43,901 nucleotides of DNA, taken from NCBI RefSeq assembly GCF_006345805.1, contig NW_021834968.1, positions 1 to 43,901 on the forward strand, written 5' to 3'. The notes beneath the pieces were generated by a model. That model did no database searches, was not told the origin of the DNA, and was given only the letters and a program-made list of their open reading frames with translations. The stretch is from Octopus sinensis. Taxonomy: Eukaryota. Below, piece by piece: positions 13,126-25,509 of the stretch. Each line of letters begins with the position of its first letter. Positions within the stretch are counted from its first letter, which is position 1. The translations under genes and the position numbers were made by a program.

Positions 13126-13127
<2 letters not shown>
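12486..13127 (-). mobile_element. Dong/R4-type non-LTR retrotransposon 3' fragment (RLE domain and 3' UTR)
   Basis: 'ILWDFPVHTDK..ANKQDIII..LLIDMSIP..KISKYKDL..LQEVQKIVLTGTAHVLRRAL*'; flanked by (TAA)n. Confidence 0.88.
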
Positions 13128-13160
<33 letters not shown>

Positions 13161-13706
13161 GAATGAGAGAGCAGTGCATGTCATCAAAGTGACAATGGGG
13201 TAAAATATGCGAAGCCCAGTATACCCATCATGACTACCCGTTTGATAAGGGTACACTAGGTACATGCATCACAACCATATGTGCCCGACATGGTGATCTC
13301 ATCAAGATAAACAGCGCATGACCTTGCAGGTGGGGCCCATTTAGAATTTTCTTCTGGTCGAGTAACCCATCCCGCTCAAAAAGTCCTTGAATAAGGGTTG
13401 TTTAAAAACGAAACACCCATGTTTCCTGGGGTGACTTATCCAAACCCCAAAGAATCCCTCTCAACACATGGCTATGATGCTCCCCCACTACTTCTGCTCA
13501 TGATCAGAGATGCACTTATCGTCAGCCACTAAGGGACATGCTCAACTGGTTGGTAAAGAACTGACAAGCAAATCTGTGGCATTGAGCAGAATATTTGCTG
13601 TATCCTATCTTTTATACCAAGACAAAACCTTGTGCCTGATAACACTTCTAATCAGTTAAGATCAGAAGCCACGAGAGCCACTACCCGGTACTGCATCAGG
13701 GCATAT
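13161..13706 (-). mobile_element. Apparently complete ~545 bp non-coding retroelement 'X' in (TAA)n
   Basis: Bounded on both sides by (TAA)n arrays; second copy at 12123-12436; no ORF of its own. Confidence 0.75.
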
Positions 13707-13749
13707 ATTATTATTATTATTATTACTATTACTATTATTATTATTATTA

Positions 13750-13790
<41 letters not shown>

Positions 13791-13982
13791 GTTAGAAAGG
13801 ATTGACGTAACTCATCACGAAGGTTAACAGGCAAGACGAAGAGAGCGATGCGATTGCAGGAGATAGTTTATTGGTTGAACAATATTTCGACACTCCGTGT
13901 GTCTTTTACTAGTTCAAAATACAAATTGAAATTAAATTCAAAGATAGGAAACGCTGAAACATTCCAAATTAAATCCGAATAA

Positions 13983-15171
13983 CTGCGTTTCTTTCTGAGT
14001 AAAACGAAGTCATTAGTCTTTGGTCTTTCGCAAAAGGTAGCAGACGGAAGGAAAGAAAGAAGAAAAAAATGAAGAAAAAAAGAAAGAAAACAATTGGAGA
14101 AAAAATTATTCAGTCAAAAAGTTTAGTGTAAATACGGTGGAATTCACCTGCCATTTTATAAATTCCTCCAGGCTGAGATGTCAACAGTTCACATATATAT
14201 CTATCCTCATGGGTTTTGAGGGCCGAAAGTGCAGTGGAGTGAAGGTATGTTTTGAGAATGTGCACCTTCAGGTCCTCTTCAAATTTACACCCGTTTGATG
14301 TGAAATTCTCTGCAAGTTCCCTGGAACTACTGTTATTGTGCCTGACGTCGTACCTATGCCCGGGAAATCTTTTTTGCAATCGTCCTGTTGTGCAACCAAC
14401 AAAATCATTTTGTGTTTAGTTCATACCGCCGCATACACCAAATGGGAATCCTTACAGGTCCTCCATAAGAGAGGTAAGCCCTGTTCGTTGTGCTATAACA
14501 TGAGTCAGATCAATTCCATCAAGAATTATAACAGAAATGCTATGATTTACACAGAAGGAGGCACTTCGAGGATAGATTTTTTTTTTACTTGTTTCAGTCA
14601 TTTGACTGTGGCCATGCTGGAGCACCGCCTTTTAATCGAGCAACTCGACCCCAGGACTTATTCTTTGTAAGCCTAGTACTTATTCTATCGGTCTCTTTTG
14701 CCGAAGCGCTAAGTAACGGGGACATAAACACACCAGCATCGGTTGTCAAGCAATGCTAGGGGGACAAACACACACACACAAACACACACACATACATATA
14801 TATATATATACATATATACGACGGGCTTCTTTCAGTTTCCGTCTACCAAATCCACTCACAAGGCTTTGGTCGGCCCAAGGTGCGATGCAGTGGGACTGAA
14901 CCCGGAACCATGTGGTTGGTAAACAAGCTACTTACCACACAGCCACTCCTGCGTCTTTGTGAATTTGTGTTTTTGAATTGTTGACATCTCAGCCTGGAGG
15001 AATTTATAAAATGGCAGGTGAATTCCACCGTATTTACACTAAACTTTTTGACTGAATATTTTTTCTCTCCAATTGTTTTCTTTCTTTTTGTTTTCTTTCT
15101 TTCCTTCTTTCTGCTATCTTTTGTGAAAGACCAAAAACTGATGATGTCGTTTTACTCAGAAAGAAACGCAG
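13983..15171 (-). mobile_element. PLE GIY-YIG 3' fragment with inverted copy of its 3' end (fold-back), interrupted by a SINE
   Basis: Minus strand 'DFVGCTTGRLQKRFPGHRYDV..ELAENF..LKVHILK..HEDRYICELLTSQPGG'; 13983-14208 is inverted at 14568-14577 plus ~14955-15171. Confidence 0.85.
14582..14953 (-). mobile_element. tRNA-derived SINE family A (octopus OK/OR-type; exact family not assigned)
   Basis: Head GGAGTGGCTGTGTGGTAAG..GGTTCCGGGTTCAGTCCCAC (A/B boxes), tail TGACTGAAACAAGTAAAA. Confidence 0.9.
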
Positions 15172-15829
15172 CTGAATACGCAGCAGAATACACGTCATTG
15201 ATTGGATGAAATTACCGAAATAGGACAACTTTAACGTGAAATTGGTAAATATAAGTTTTTCTCAAAAATGCTAAGAGTAAAAGATGTTTTATATGACACA
15301 TTCTACCCGTTTCCGAAGTTTGAAAGTGTTTAGTTACAAAGAACTATTTTTTAAATCTGTCAGTCAAAAGGTAAAAATCCCCAAGTTCAAAACCTTGCAC
15401 CTTACAGAGTCACCAATTTCACACTCTAATACTGTGTCAACTGTTCCATACGAAATTTCCCGGCACCATTGCTCACACCGACTGCATGGCTCCGACTACT
15501 ATATAAAACCGTTCACATCGGCTTCCAGCACATCACACATCAACGTAGCACATTATCTTCCAATCCGAACTTCGAATCACCTGTTCACATTGGCTTCCAG
15601 TGCGAACTGACTCGCCACGTGAGCAAATCGTAGTCTTTATACTTCGCCCACACCATGAAAGGGCACCAAAATCATACCACTTAAGCTTTAAACATTCTCG
15701 TGACCGCAAAGAATTATGTTTTTTCGTTTTCGCTTGCAAAACTAGAGTGCAGTGTTCTAATTCGCGTCGTACGAATGAGAAACTATCTGAATATAATTTT
15801 TTTCGTTCGTAACACTATTAAAACGTCCA

Positions 15830-16025
15830 ACTGGCAGAATCTTTACCAAGTCAGATAAAATGTTCTGGCTCTTTGCGTTCTGAGTTCAAATGCTGCTGAT
15901 GTCAACTTTGTCTGTTATCTTTTCGGGATCGAGAAAATAAAGTACCAAGTGGTGGGGTTGTTGCAATGGACTTACCCACTCACCTCGAAATTTCTTGTCT
16001 TGTGCCAAAATTAGAAATAATCATA
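15830..16025 (+). mobile_element. Degenerate SINE family B
   Basis: CTGGCAGAATC..GTTCTGAGTTCAAAT resembles 31007-31232. Confidence 0.65.
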
Positions 16026-16169
16026 TCTCTCTCTCTTTCTCTCTCCCGACAGTCGTAGGATCTGGAAAGATTTCTATGCCCGATACTCAACATCGGCAGT
16101 TGAGGACCCAAGTCCAGACAATGTTTTTCATATGCAAAGTAACGAACCATTATCTCTTCGCCTAAGACG

Positions 16170-16790
16170 TTGATCAGGTAGAATCGTTAGCCCGCTGAGC
16201 AAAACACTTAGCGATATTAGATCTTTTCGGTTTGAACGGCAGTTTTTAGCATAATTTCTAGGCAACTAAAAAATTTTAAACTTCGTATACTGGTAGAATG
16301 TGTTTATAAAACATCTTTTTCTCTTGGCTTTATTGAGAAAATTCTATAGATTGTAAGATTTTTGTTGTTTTTCTACTTTAATTTCTGCAATTTCAACCAA
16401 TCACTGACATTTATTGAGGTAAAAAAAAACATTCTGTGCCGTATGAATATGTCCCTCGTTTAAGAAATAGATTGGGTTTATTTACATTTGTGAAGAAAAA
16501 AATATACCCTTCCCCCCACCCCTAACCCTAACTAATCCTAACTAACCCTAACCCTAAAACAGATTGAAATGCAATAGATCGATACTAGGGTCATAATTAT
16601 GGGTGACAATTTCATATGACACCGCTAGAAAAAACTGACGTTCAAACCGAAAAGATCCGCGATATTTCTTCCGGTTTTGTATATTCCACTGAGATCGATT
16701 TTGACTTTGACTTTCAGAGACGATGAAATAAATACCAGTTGAGCAGTAGAGTGGATGTAATCGACTAGTCCTCTCCCACAAAGTTTCAGG
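16170..16790 (+). mobile_element. SINE family B interrupted by a MITE
   Basis: Head GTAGAATCGTTAGC..CTTAGCGATATT resumes after the MITE as GCGATATTTC..AAATAAATACCAGTTGAGC..GATGTAATCGACTAG. Confidence 0.7.
16219..16658. mobile_element. MITE copy 2 with 8-bp TSD and internal (CCCTAA)n
   Basis: TIRs as copy 1; GCGATATT duplicated at 16211-16218 and 16659-16666. Confidence 0.92.
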
Positions 16791-17179
16791 ATTTATGTCT
16801 ATAGTAGGAAGGATTACCTCTTCACCTCATAGTTCGATGCATAATCATGGTGTCATAGTGAATAAACGAAATATGAGAATGGTTAGAGATGAAGATACAC
16901 TGATCAACGTGATAATCATTGTTGTTTTATATATCAATATACTTTATTTTATATCGCTATTTGTGAACAAGTGCGTCGTTGTTTACAGGTTTCCAGTAAG
17001 TCGTTCATTGATTCACTGCTGCATTTTTCACGGTAACAATGACAAGGTATTGTTTGTGCAACAACAGCGAAAGAAATATCACTAGGGGTTTCGCTCTAAA
17101 GCATCTGTTCATTGGTTTTCTAGCTGATATTTACATCTTTGCCCAATATGAATTGGTGAACGATGTGTGCGTGTATGTG

Positions 17180-17241
<62 letters not shown>

Positions 17242-17290
17242 CAGCCATGCACAATGTGTTACCATAAAGGGAAAATATGTCACTAAACGC

Positions 17291-17733
17291 GACTAAGGGC
17301 GCCAAGAAGCCTACACTGCTAGAAATATGAACTAAAATGCTCTAATGCTGTAGTAAAAGCACATAATTGTATACATATATGCTCTCGGGGCTATAATCGT
17401 CCAAAAACACCGATTCGAGAATTCGTTATATTGAACGTTCAGTTTCGGCTATTTCCGGGCTTAATCGACCGTCACCATATATGTATTTTTCGTAAAAACT
17501 CATGGATGATCTAGCGAATCGCTAACGTGTATACAAAAATTAATATAAACAACTATGCGCAATGTGTTAGCATAAAGGAAAAATATAATTGTGACTGTAT
17601 CGATTCGATATTTTAGAGCGACGGCAGCCCTGTGAGCATATATGTATACAATTATGTATACATATATACATAACAGCATTAGAGCATTTTAGCTCTTATT
17701 TCTAGCAGTGTAGGCGTTTTGACGGCCTTAGTC
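17291..17733. mobile_element. Inverted-repeat (MITE-like) element with ~100 bp imperfect arms
   Basis: GCCTACACTGCTAGAAAT..TAAAATGCTCTAATGCTG..CATAATTGTATACATATATGCTC..GGGCT at ~17291-17392 is inverted at ~17626-17733. Confidence 0.75.
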
Positions 17734-17738
17734 ACAAT

Positions 17739-17789
<51 letters not shown>

Positions 17790-18150
17790 TTTTTTCGTAA
17801 TGAGATAAAAAAAAACCAAGGCTAAGTAGATTTTAGAACATTTATAGATAGAATGTCTTACAGCTGTTTCCAGGATATTTATTATATCCCTTCATCGGAG
17901 ACGGTGTAAGAGAATAGTTAAGTAAAAGCTAATTTAGATATGATACAAAATAGAGAATGAGGTGGATGAAAGAAAATAGATGTGAGATATGTAGGGATAT
18001 TGAATTTGTAGATCCATTTTTTAGGCAAAATGGTATACATACATACGTATATATATATAATACAGGCTTCTTAGCCTGTATTTTTCACTAGTCTATACTG
18101 ACATGGAGGTAGTAGCAAATATTAGAGTCCCAGCTATGGGTTAACTATTA
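17790..18150 (-). mobile_element. PLE terminus-like fragment with variant hammerhead at 17855-17902
   Basis: Minus strand GTCT-CCGATGA-AGGGATA taataaa TATCCTG-GAAA-CAGCTG-TA-AGAC; abuts (TA)n. Confidence 0.6.
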
Positions 18151-18360
18151 TGTGAATGAGTGGGAGTGAAGCACAATTAATTCTCGTTACTATTTCCTTC
18201 TACACGCACAGGAAATTATTGGACTCTCGGAATGTTTGCACGGACTTTCTGATTTTACAAAGTGATCATACTAAGTTACGACTTGATTTCCACATATGTG
18301 TGTGCGTTCTGGTATGTATGCATGCATGTATGTATGTATGTATGTATGTATGTATGTATG

Positions 18361-18386
<26 letters not shown>

Positions 18387-18391
<5 letters not shown>

Positions 18392-18895
18392 CCCAGTACA
18401 ACCTGTTGCATGGTCGGGGCGTCGGCGACTAAATCGGCAACCCCACCAAGCTTGCTTGGTGAGGAGGGTGTTTATTGGTCACCCTGCGGGATGAGAAACA
18501 AAACCCGTCAAAGGGCGGAGGAACTCTTGAGAGTCAACGGCCATCCAATAAATGTCTTAAGGCTGTATCATGCGCGGAGACATAGAAATAATTGGACTGA
18601 ATACCTGATCACGCGGTTAAACCATTGGGAGTGAAGGACTCCTAGCCTTTGTTAGGGCATCCTTCTAGGAGAAGGTAACTCAGGTAACTGGGATAACTCC
18701 GACGTAAAACCTGCGGCTCAGTGGTTACTGTTGATGTTGACTTGTTCTTCTTTTCGGATTATGGCTGCTGTTGCTTAGTGAGTGGGATTGACTCAGTGCA
18801 CAGCTTTTCCTCACTTTAAAAAAAAAATCTTCTTGCACAGGCATTGCACGGTAACAACATTGACTAAGCTTCGTGCAGAGGCCATACTCGATAAC
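18387..18895 (+). mobile_element. ~500 bp dispersed non-coding repeat, copy 1, resembling an RTE-type LINE 5' UTR
   Basis: Highly similar to 29344-29850; CTAGGAGAAGG..AACTC motif is reminiscent of RTE leaders. Confidence 0.65.
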
Positions 18896-19060
18896 GAGGG
18901 GGCAGCCAGCATGTATGTATGTATAAGCTATAAGCGACTGAAGCAGCTTTTTTTGTAACGAATATTAATTAGTAAATCAAAGATAACTTGGATGTATTGC
19001 TTATAACGCGCCTAGAACTGCAGTTATAAAAACCACATCCAAGTTAGCCTGAATGTGCCA

Positions 19061-19104
<44 letters not shown>

Positions 19105-19119
19105 ATAATAAAATATACA

Positions 19120-19219
19120 TGTAGGTAGGTAGGTAGGTAGGTAGGTAGGTAGGTAGGTAGGTGGGTGGGTGGATGGGTGGGTGGGTGGGTGGATAGGTAG
19201 GTATGCAAGCAGGCAGATC

Positions 19220-19266
<47 letters not shown>

Positions 19267-19271
19267 GGATG

Positions 19272-19365
<94 letters not shown>
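19120..19365. repeat. (TAGG)n/(GGGT)n/(TAGA)n/(CAGA)n compound tetranucleotide array
   Basis: Direct reading. Confidence 0.9.
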
Positions 19366-19368
<3 letters not shown>

Positions 19369-19918
19369 TTCAGGAGGGAAGATAGCCACGATCTAGGGTT
19401 CAGTGCTGCATTGGAAATACTCCGATTTTCTATCCTTTCAGGACCATGATATAGATATAGATATATAGATCAGATATATAGGAACATATATGTATATACA
19501 TACCTACATACATAGAGACAGACAGGTAGGCAGGTAGGTAGGCATGTAGGCAGGCAGGCAGGTAGGCAGGCAGACAGACAGACATATCTATATACTATAG
19601 TATTCTCCTGCAGATTCGTCTACCAATTTCCATTCTTGAAGCATTGGTTAGTTTGACACTATTGTAGAAAGGTCTTATCAAAAGAGCCACACAGCAGAAT
19701 GGAAACTGGATCCAGTTGGCTGTGGTTACACCTAGAACATCCTCAAGGTGCATTCCACAATGGGTTTTGTTTTAATTCACAAGTCTGTGAATTAAAACGA
19801 AACATATTCTGTGTTGTTATAATTCTTATAAACAACTGCAAATGTACGCATGTATATGGCTCAAATTTACAGAAAACAAGAGACGGGGACAGGTGTAGGA
19901 ACAACACCCAGGAAGAAA

Positions 19919-19957
19919 TCTTTTACGTTTCGAGCCTACGCTCTCCGACAGAAAAGA
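19919..19957 (-). ncRNA. Decayed minimal hammerhead in a PLE-terminus-like repeat
   Basis: Minus strand TCTTTT-CTGTCGGA-GAGC gtag GCTC-GAAA-CGT-A-AAAGA; core mutated. Confidence 0.45.
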
Positions 19958-20041
19958 TTAAGAGGGGAAAAAAAAAAGAATGAAAAAAGAACGGAGGAAG
20001 AAAAGATGTGTAATGGCCGGAAGAGACTAAATAAAAGGGAG

Positions 20042-20120
<79 letters not shown>

Positions 20121-20138
20121 TAATAATTTATAATAATA
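20042..20138. repeat. (AAT)n microsatellite
   Basis: Direct reading. Confidence 0.95.
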
Positions 20139-20552
20139 GGTGCAGGAGTGGCTGTGTGGTAAGTAGCTTACTTACCAACCACATGGTTCTGGGTTCAGTC
20201 CCACTGCATGGCACCTTGGGCAAGTGTCTTCTACTATAACCTCGGGCCGACCAAAGCCTTGTGAGTGGATTTGGTAGACGGAAACTGAAAGAAGCCCGTC
20301 GTATGCATGTATGTATTTATATGTGTGTGTGTGTGTGTGTCTGTGTGTGTGTTTGTGTGTCTGTGTTTGTCCCCCAGCATTGCTTGACAACCGATGCTGG
20401 TGTGTTTACGTCCCCGTAACTTAGCGGTTCGGCAAAAGAGACCGATAGAATAAGTACTAGGCTTACAAAGAATAAGTCCTGGGGGCGATTTTCTCCACTA
20501 AAGGCGGTGCTCCAGTATGGCCGCAGTCAAATGACTGAAACAAGTAAAAGAG
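20139..20552 (+). mobile_element. Full-length SINE family A
   Basis: tRNA-like head with A/B boxes, central CA/TA tract, CAAGTAAAAGAG tail. Confidence 0.92.
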
Positions 20553-20590
20553 ACTATAAGAGAAAGATAATAATAATAATAATAATAATA

Positions 20591-23500
20591 TGGGCTCATA
20601 ATGATACATCTATTGATGGTGTCACAATAAAAACACTGGTAATTGCGCAACCTGATAATCGCTACCTCGTATGAGTGACAATGAAGAAACAAAATATTGT
20701 GAATCACGGTGGTAATGAAACTGAAGCCAGTGATGGTGACAGTGTGACACCCGGTAGGCTCAGAGATTCTGATCCGGCTCCAGCCTGTCGATATCCAAAA
20801 TGGGACCACCACACACGGCGTAGTTGGAGCAAACAAATTAATGCTGTGGTCATGGAGTGTCACATCCTGAGCAACCCGGGAGATGAAAATGGTGTTCAAA
20901 TTAGGGGTTACCGACAACGTATGTATGATCATTGGAGAGAAAATAGATTATTTTAACTCACGGAACAGAGACTATGTGATCAAGATAGAGTAATAAGAGA
21001 AAATTGTTGGTTCACAGAAATGGAGCTCGAAGCTATCAAAAGATGGGTCATGGACAATAGCAACATAGATATGAATGAAAATACAGTAAGAGTAATCTCA
21101 TAGCACAAGAATGGAGCAGTGGTAGCTTACTTGATGGGAGACATAGATGATCTAACAGAAGCCAATAAAACTAATGGTGATATGACAGATGAACAAAAAG
21201 CAATTTATGACAGAATAAAGGCAAGACTACAGAACAATAGCGACATTATTTGCATCCTTAAAAAGGTTGATCGATGGAAATTGAACCAAGAAACGAAAAA
21301 TGTCAATGAAATTCTGAAATACATCAGAACATACAACATCACAGAAACAAATAATTTGATCAAGGCAGCAAGTATTGTAGCATAAGATGTGGGTGTCGAT
21401 GTCAAGAAAAAGAAACATAATGGGAGTGACAAAAGAAAAGATCCATGGTGGAAAAAAAGAATCCAGTCAGGGTTAGACATACTCTCGAAGGAAATCTCTG
21501 TGTTAGGCTGAAAAGGGAAAGCGGAGCTTAAAAGCGAACATAAGTACAGGGCGATGAAAAGGAAGTATAATATTGAATGAAAGGGCCAGAAAGTAGTAAT
21601 GGAGGAACTGAAACAGCGCCTCGTTGCAAAAAAAGCAAAGATGGTAAGATACGACCAGAGAATGAATTGTTTCCACCAGAATAGGTTATTCAGAGGGGAT
21701 CAGAAGTGAGTCTATAAAGAAATAAATGGAGGATGTACAGATGAAAAGTTGATACCAGATAACATTGAAAGTCAAAGGTTTTGGGGTGACATCTGGAGCA
21801 AAGACGAGGAGCACAAGAAGGATGCTGAATGGTTGTAAAAACTGAAACAAATAGTAGTCTGTCCAAAACAGGCAGAACTAGTCATTTCAGTTGGGGAAGT
21901 GAAGGAAATCAGCAAACAATGAACAACTGGAGGGGCCCCGGGTCCAGATGGAGTTCAAGGTTACTGGATCAAAAGATTTGGTAAATAGCTGCGCAACTCA
22001 ACACCTTGTTAAATGCCGACCAAGCAACACCAGACTGGAATATTCGCAGAGTCAATGTACGAACATCTAGAAAAAAATGGAGTCCTGCCACATAAGCGGA
22101 AAGGTTGCAAGCGTAAGTACAAGGGTACCAAGGATCAATTCCTGATAGATAAAACTGTGCTCAGAGACTGCAAGAGGAGGAAAAGTAACTTAGCCATGTC
22201 ATGGATCGACTATTGTAAGGTGTACGATATGATCCCACATTTTGGGATTATGGAGTGTATGAACCTGTTTGGGATTGCGTCGAATGTTGAGCGATTGCTT
22301 GGAAAAGTATGGCGAATTGGAGGACGGACCTGACAGCATACAGAATAAGTTTAGGGACAGTAGAAATTAGGAGGAGCATCTTCCAAGGGGACTACCTGTC
22401 CCCACTAATCTTTATAATGTGCTTGATACTACTGACACTGATCCTGAGGAAAGCAAAAGCTGGGTATGTATTCAAAAGCCACCAACAAAAAGTCAACCAT
22501 TTGTTATTCATGGATGACCTCAAACTTTATGGTAAAGGTGAAGTCCAAGTCAGTTCCCTCGTTGATACGGTGTATACCTTCAGTGCTGATATCAGAATGG
22601 AGTTCGGACTGAGAAAGCATGGTGTGTTAGTATTGAAGAGAGGCAAAATCAAATGTATGAACGGACTAACGATACTGTCGTGGGAGGTTATGAAGCAGAT
22701 AAAAGAGACAGGCTATAAGTACTTGGGGATTTTGGAAATGGATAAATTAATGGAGAAAGAAATGGCAGAAAAATTTAAGGTGGAGTACTTACGCAGTCTC
22801 AGTCTGCGTAAGTACTCCATCTTAAGTCGAAATTAAACTGACGGAATAAGATCGAAGCTATCAACACCTGGGCGGTTTCACTCCTTAGATAAGGAGAAGG
22901 GGTAATTGCATGGACAGTAGACGAACTAAAGTGCTTAGACAGAAAGACAAGGAAGTTGCTAACAAGATAAGGGTCACTCCACCCAAAAAGTGACACAGAC
23001 AGACTGTATGTACCAAGAAAAAGAAGAGAAAGAGGACTTATTGGATGCGAACATAGCATTAGAGCAGAAGAAAACAACATAGCATGGTATGTAAAAATTG
23101 CCACAGAACCGCTATTATTAGAAGTAGGACGGCCAGGCTTCTGTAGGATGAAAGATTGCAAAGATAAAGCACTAAACAAGAAATTGAAAACGAATGAAAC
23201 TGAAGATAGGTGGGTAAAGAAAAGAGTGCATGGTCAATTTCATAGGGGTGTTGAAGATAAGACAGACAGAGAAAAAAATGGCTGTGGATGACTAAAAGTG
23301 ATTTAAAACCGGAAATGGAGACTCTAATCTGTGCTGCTAAAGAGCAAGCACTAAGAACTAACTACATAAAATACAGAATAGACGACACATCAGAAAGTGA
23401 TAAGTGCAGAATCTGGGGAGAAAACGGTGAAACTGTATGGCATATTACCAGCCAATGTACGCCACTAGCCCAGAAGGAATATGAGACGCCACGACAATAT

Positions 23501-24048
23501 AGCCAGGCTTGTCCATTGGACACTTTGCAACAAGTATGGACTTGACTGAGCAAAAAATTGGTACGACCACAAACCTGAAGGCATTGTAGAAAATAGAAAT
23601 ACAAAGATCGTATGGGATTTTATGAGTCAGTGCGATCATGAGATTGAGAATAGGAAGCCAGACATAGTTTTAACTGAGAAAGAGAATAAAGTATGCTGGA
23701 TCTTAGACATAGCATGCCCAGCTGACAACAAGGTATGCGATAAGGAAGAAAGAAAAGTCGAGAGAGATGACAGGTTAGCTTCGGAAGTTAAGCAGTTGTG
23801 GTCGATGAAATAGGTAGCAGTAGTACCAATAATTGTCGGAGCGCTGGGAACAGTGAGCAAAAATCTCGAGAAGAACGTAGAACAAATAGGGGCTGCAATA
23901 AAGGTGGAGCACTTTTAGAAAACAGCACTGCTTGGAACCGCTCGAATACTCTGGAAGGTGCTCGAAAAATAAGAGGTGTTACCTTAGTTCACTGGTAGTG
24001 AACAGCTAACACTGTAGTACATCTCCAGCAATAGAAGCTGTGCAATGG
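20591..24048 (+). mobile_element. Near-full-length decayed Dong/R4-clade RLE non-LTR retrotransposon (~3.46 kb)
   Basis: Frameshifted ORF pieces: N-terminal 'WSKQINAVVMECH..GYRQRMYDHW', RT 'RSIFQGDYLSPLIF', 'HLLFMDDLKLY', 'YKYLGILE', zinc knuckle 'CRIWGENGETVWHITSQC', RLE 'RKPDIV..LDIACP..K'; (AAT)n at both ends. Confidence 0.92.
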
Positions 24049-24125
24049 CAACAACAACAACAACAACAACAATGATAATGATGATGATAATTATGATAAT
24101 AATAATAAGCAGAATGATGATGATG

Positions 24126-24204
<79 letters not shown>

Positions 24205-24208
24205 TGAT
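24049..24208. repeat. (CAA)n/(GAT)n/(AAT)n tail/target array
   Basis: Direct reading. Confidence 0.9.
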
Positions 24209-25334
24209 GGTGCCGATGAACTAAGGTACGCAAGCGCGTGTGTGCATGTTAGAATAGTGTGAGTGTGTATGTGTGAATGGAGGCGAGTGCGTGATTATGT
24301 ATGTGTGGGCGAGCTGAAAATTATGTGGACCTGTGTGTGTGTATGTGTACATATGTGTGTACAATGTGCTGTTGGTGTTTAAGCATTCATTGCTACGTTT
24401 GATGTTATTGTGCCGATAGATTTTTTTCTGTTTTTTTTCTTCTGTACATGCTTTATGTTAAAAAGACAAAAATCATATGATCAAGGTTGGATTGGGTGAG
24501 ATTCATTTGAATATATACGTGTGTATACATAGTGTTATGTAGGTTTTATCTATTTATCTAAGTACTCATCTCTCCCTCTTTCTTTCCATATACATATACG
24601 TGTGTATGTGTGTGAATGTGTAAGCATACAAACACACACATAAATATATATACATACATAAACGTATGTATATATGTATGTATTTATGTATGTATGTATA
24701 CAGGAATGTATGTAGCATGTATGTACGTATGTTTATGAGAAGAGATAAGGAGTATTTTAAAAATACATTTTTATGCATAAGTTAAACTACATATTTTTAC
24801 CTACAGAACAGAATGGAAAAAATACTGAAACTTGTTTTTCTATGTCCTGCTAACAAAGCAAAATATAAATAAGAAACAAACAAATAAACAAACAAACAGA
24901 GGGAGGGATAGTTCTGGTTTATAAAACAAATTATGTAAATTTATTGACAAACTTATCTCTTTCGGAGTGACCAGGGTCTTGAATTTTGTTGACAAGGAAA
25001 GATAAGCTAAATGCCATTCGAGATAAATCTTTAATTTACAGAAAGTACCTCTTCAAGAGAACGGTAAACAACGGCAATTGTAAGAAACTGTAACTCATAT
25101 GTGTGTGTGGTTACGAAACCATGCATCTGCTCAGTTCGAAGTTCAAGATATTTTTCACATTAAGTTTTGCCATATTAAGTTCGTGTTTTAGTTCCCATCT
25201 TGTATGAACGTTATACTGTTTAGATTAAATTTCTAATATAATTAGGTAAGGAAAATGTTCCCTTTTTTAACTATCACTTAGCTGCTACCTATTGAATTCA
25301 ATAGCATTGGCTCTCATCAATATATCTGGGCATT

Positions 25335-25445
25335 TGGAAATATATTCGCTTGGGTCTATGTGTTTAGGTGCGGACGTGGTCTTAGGTTCAATCTCATTAT
25401 GCGACACCCTGGGCAAGTGCCTTCTCCTATAGCCCCTATAATGGC
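25335..25445 (+). mobile_element. Degenerate 5' part of SINE family A
   Basis: TAGGTTCAATCTC..ACCCTGGGCAAGTGCCTTCTCCTATAGCC. Confidence 0.55.
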
Positions 25446-25509
25446 TTGTACCAAAATTTGAAACCATTATTATTATGCAAGTGCATGCTAATTTAGTTAG
25501 CACGTATTT

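Noticed and set aside
13470-13530. CTGACGA..GAAG motif in element X as a hammerhead
   Set aside because: GAAG instead of GAAA and stem I is out of register
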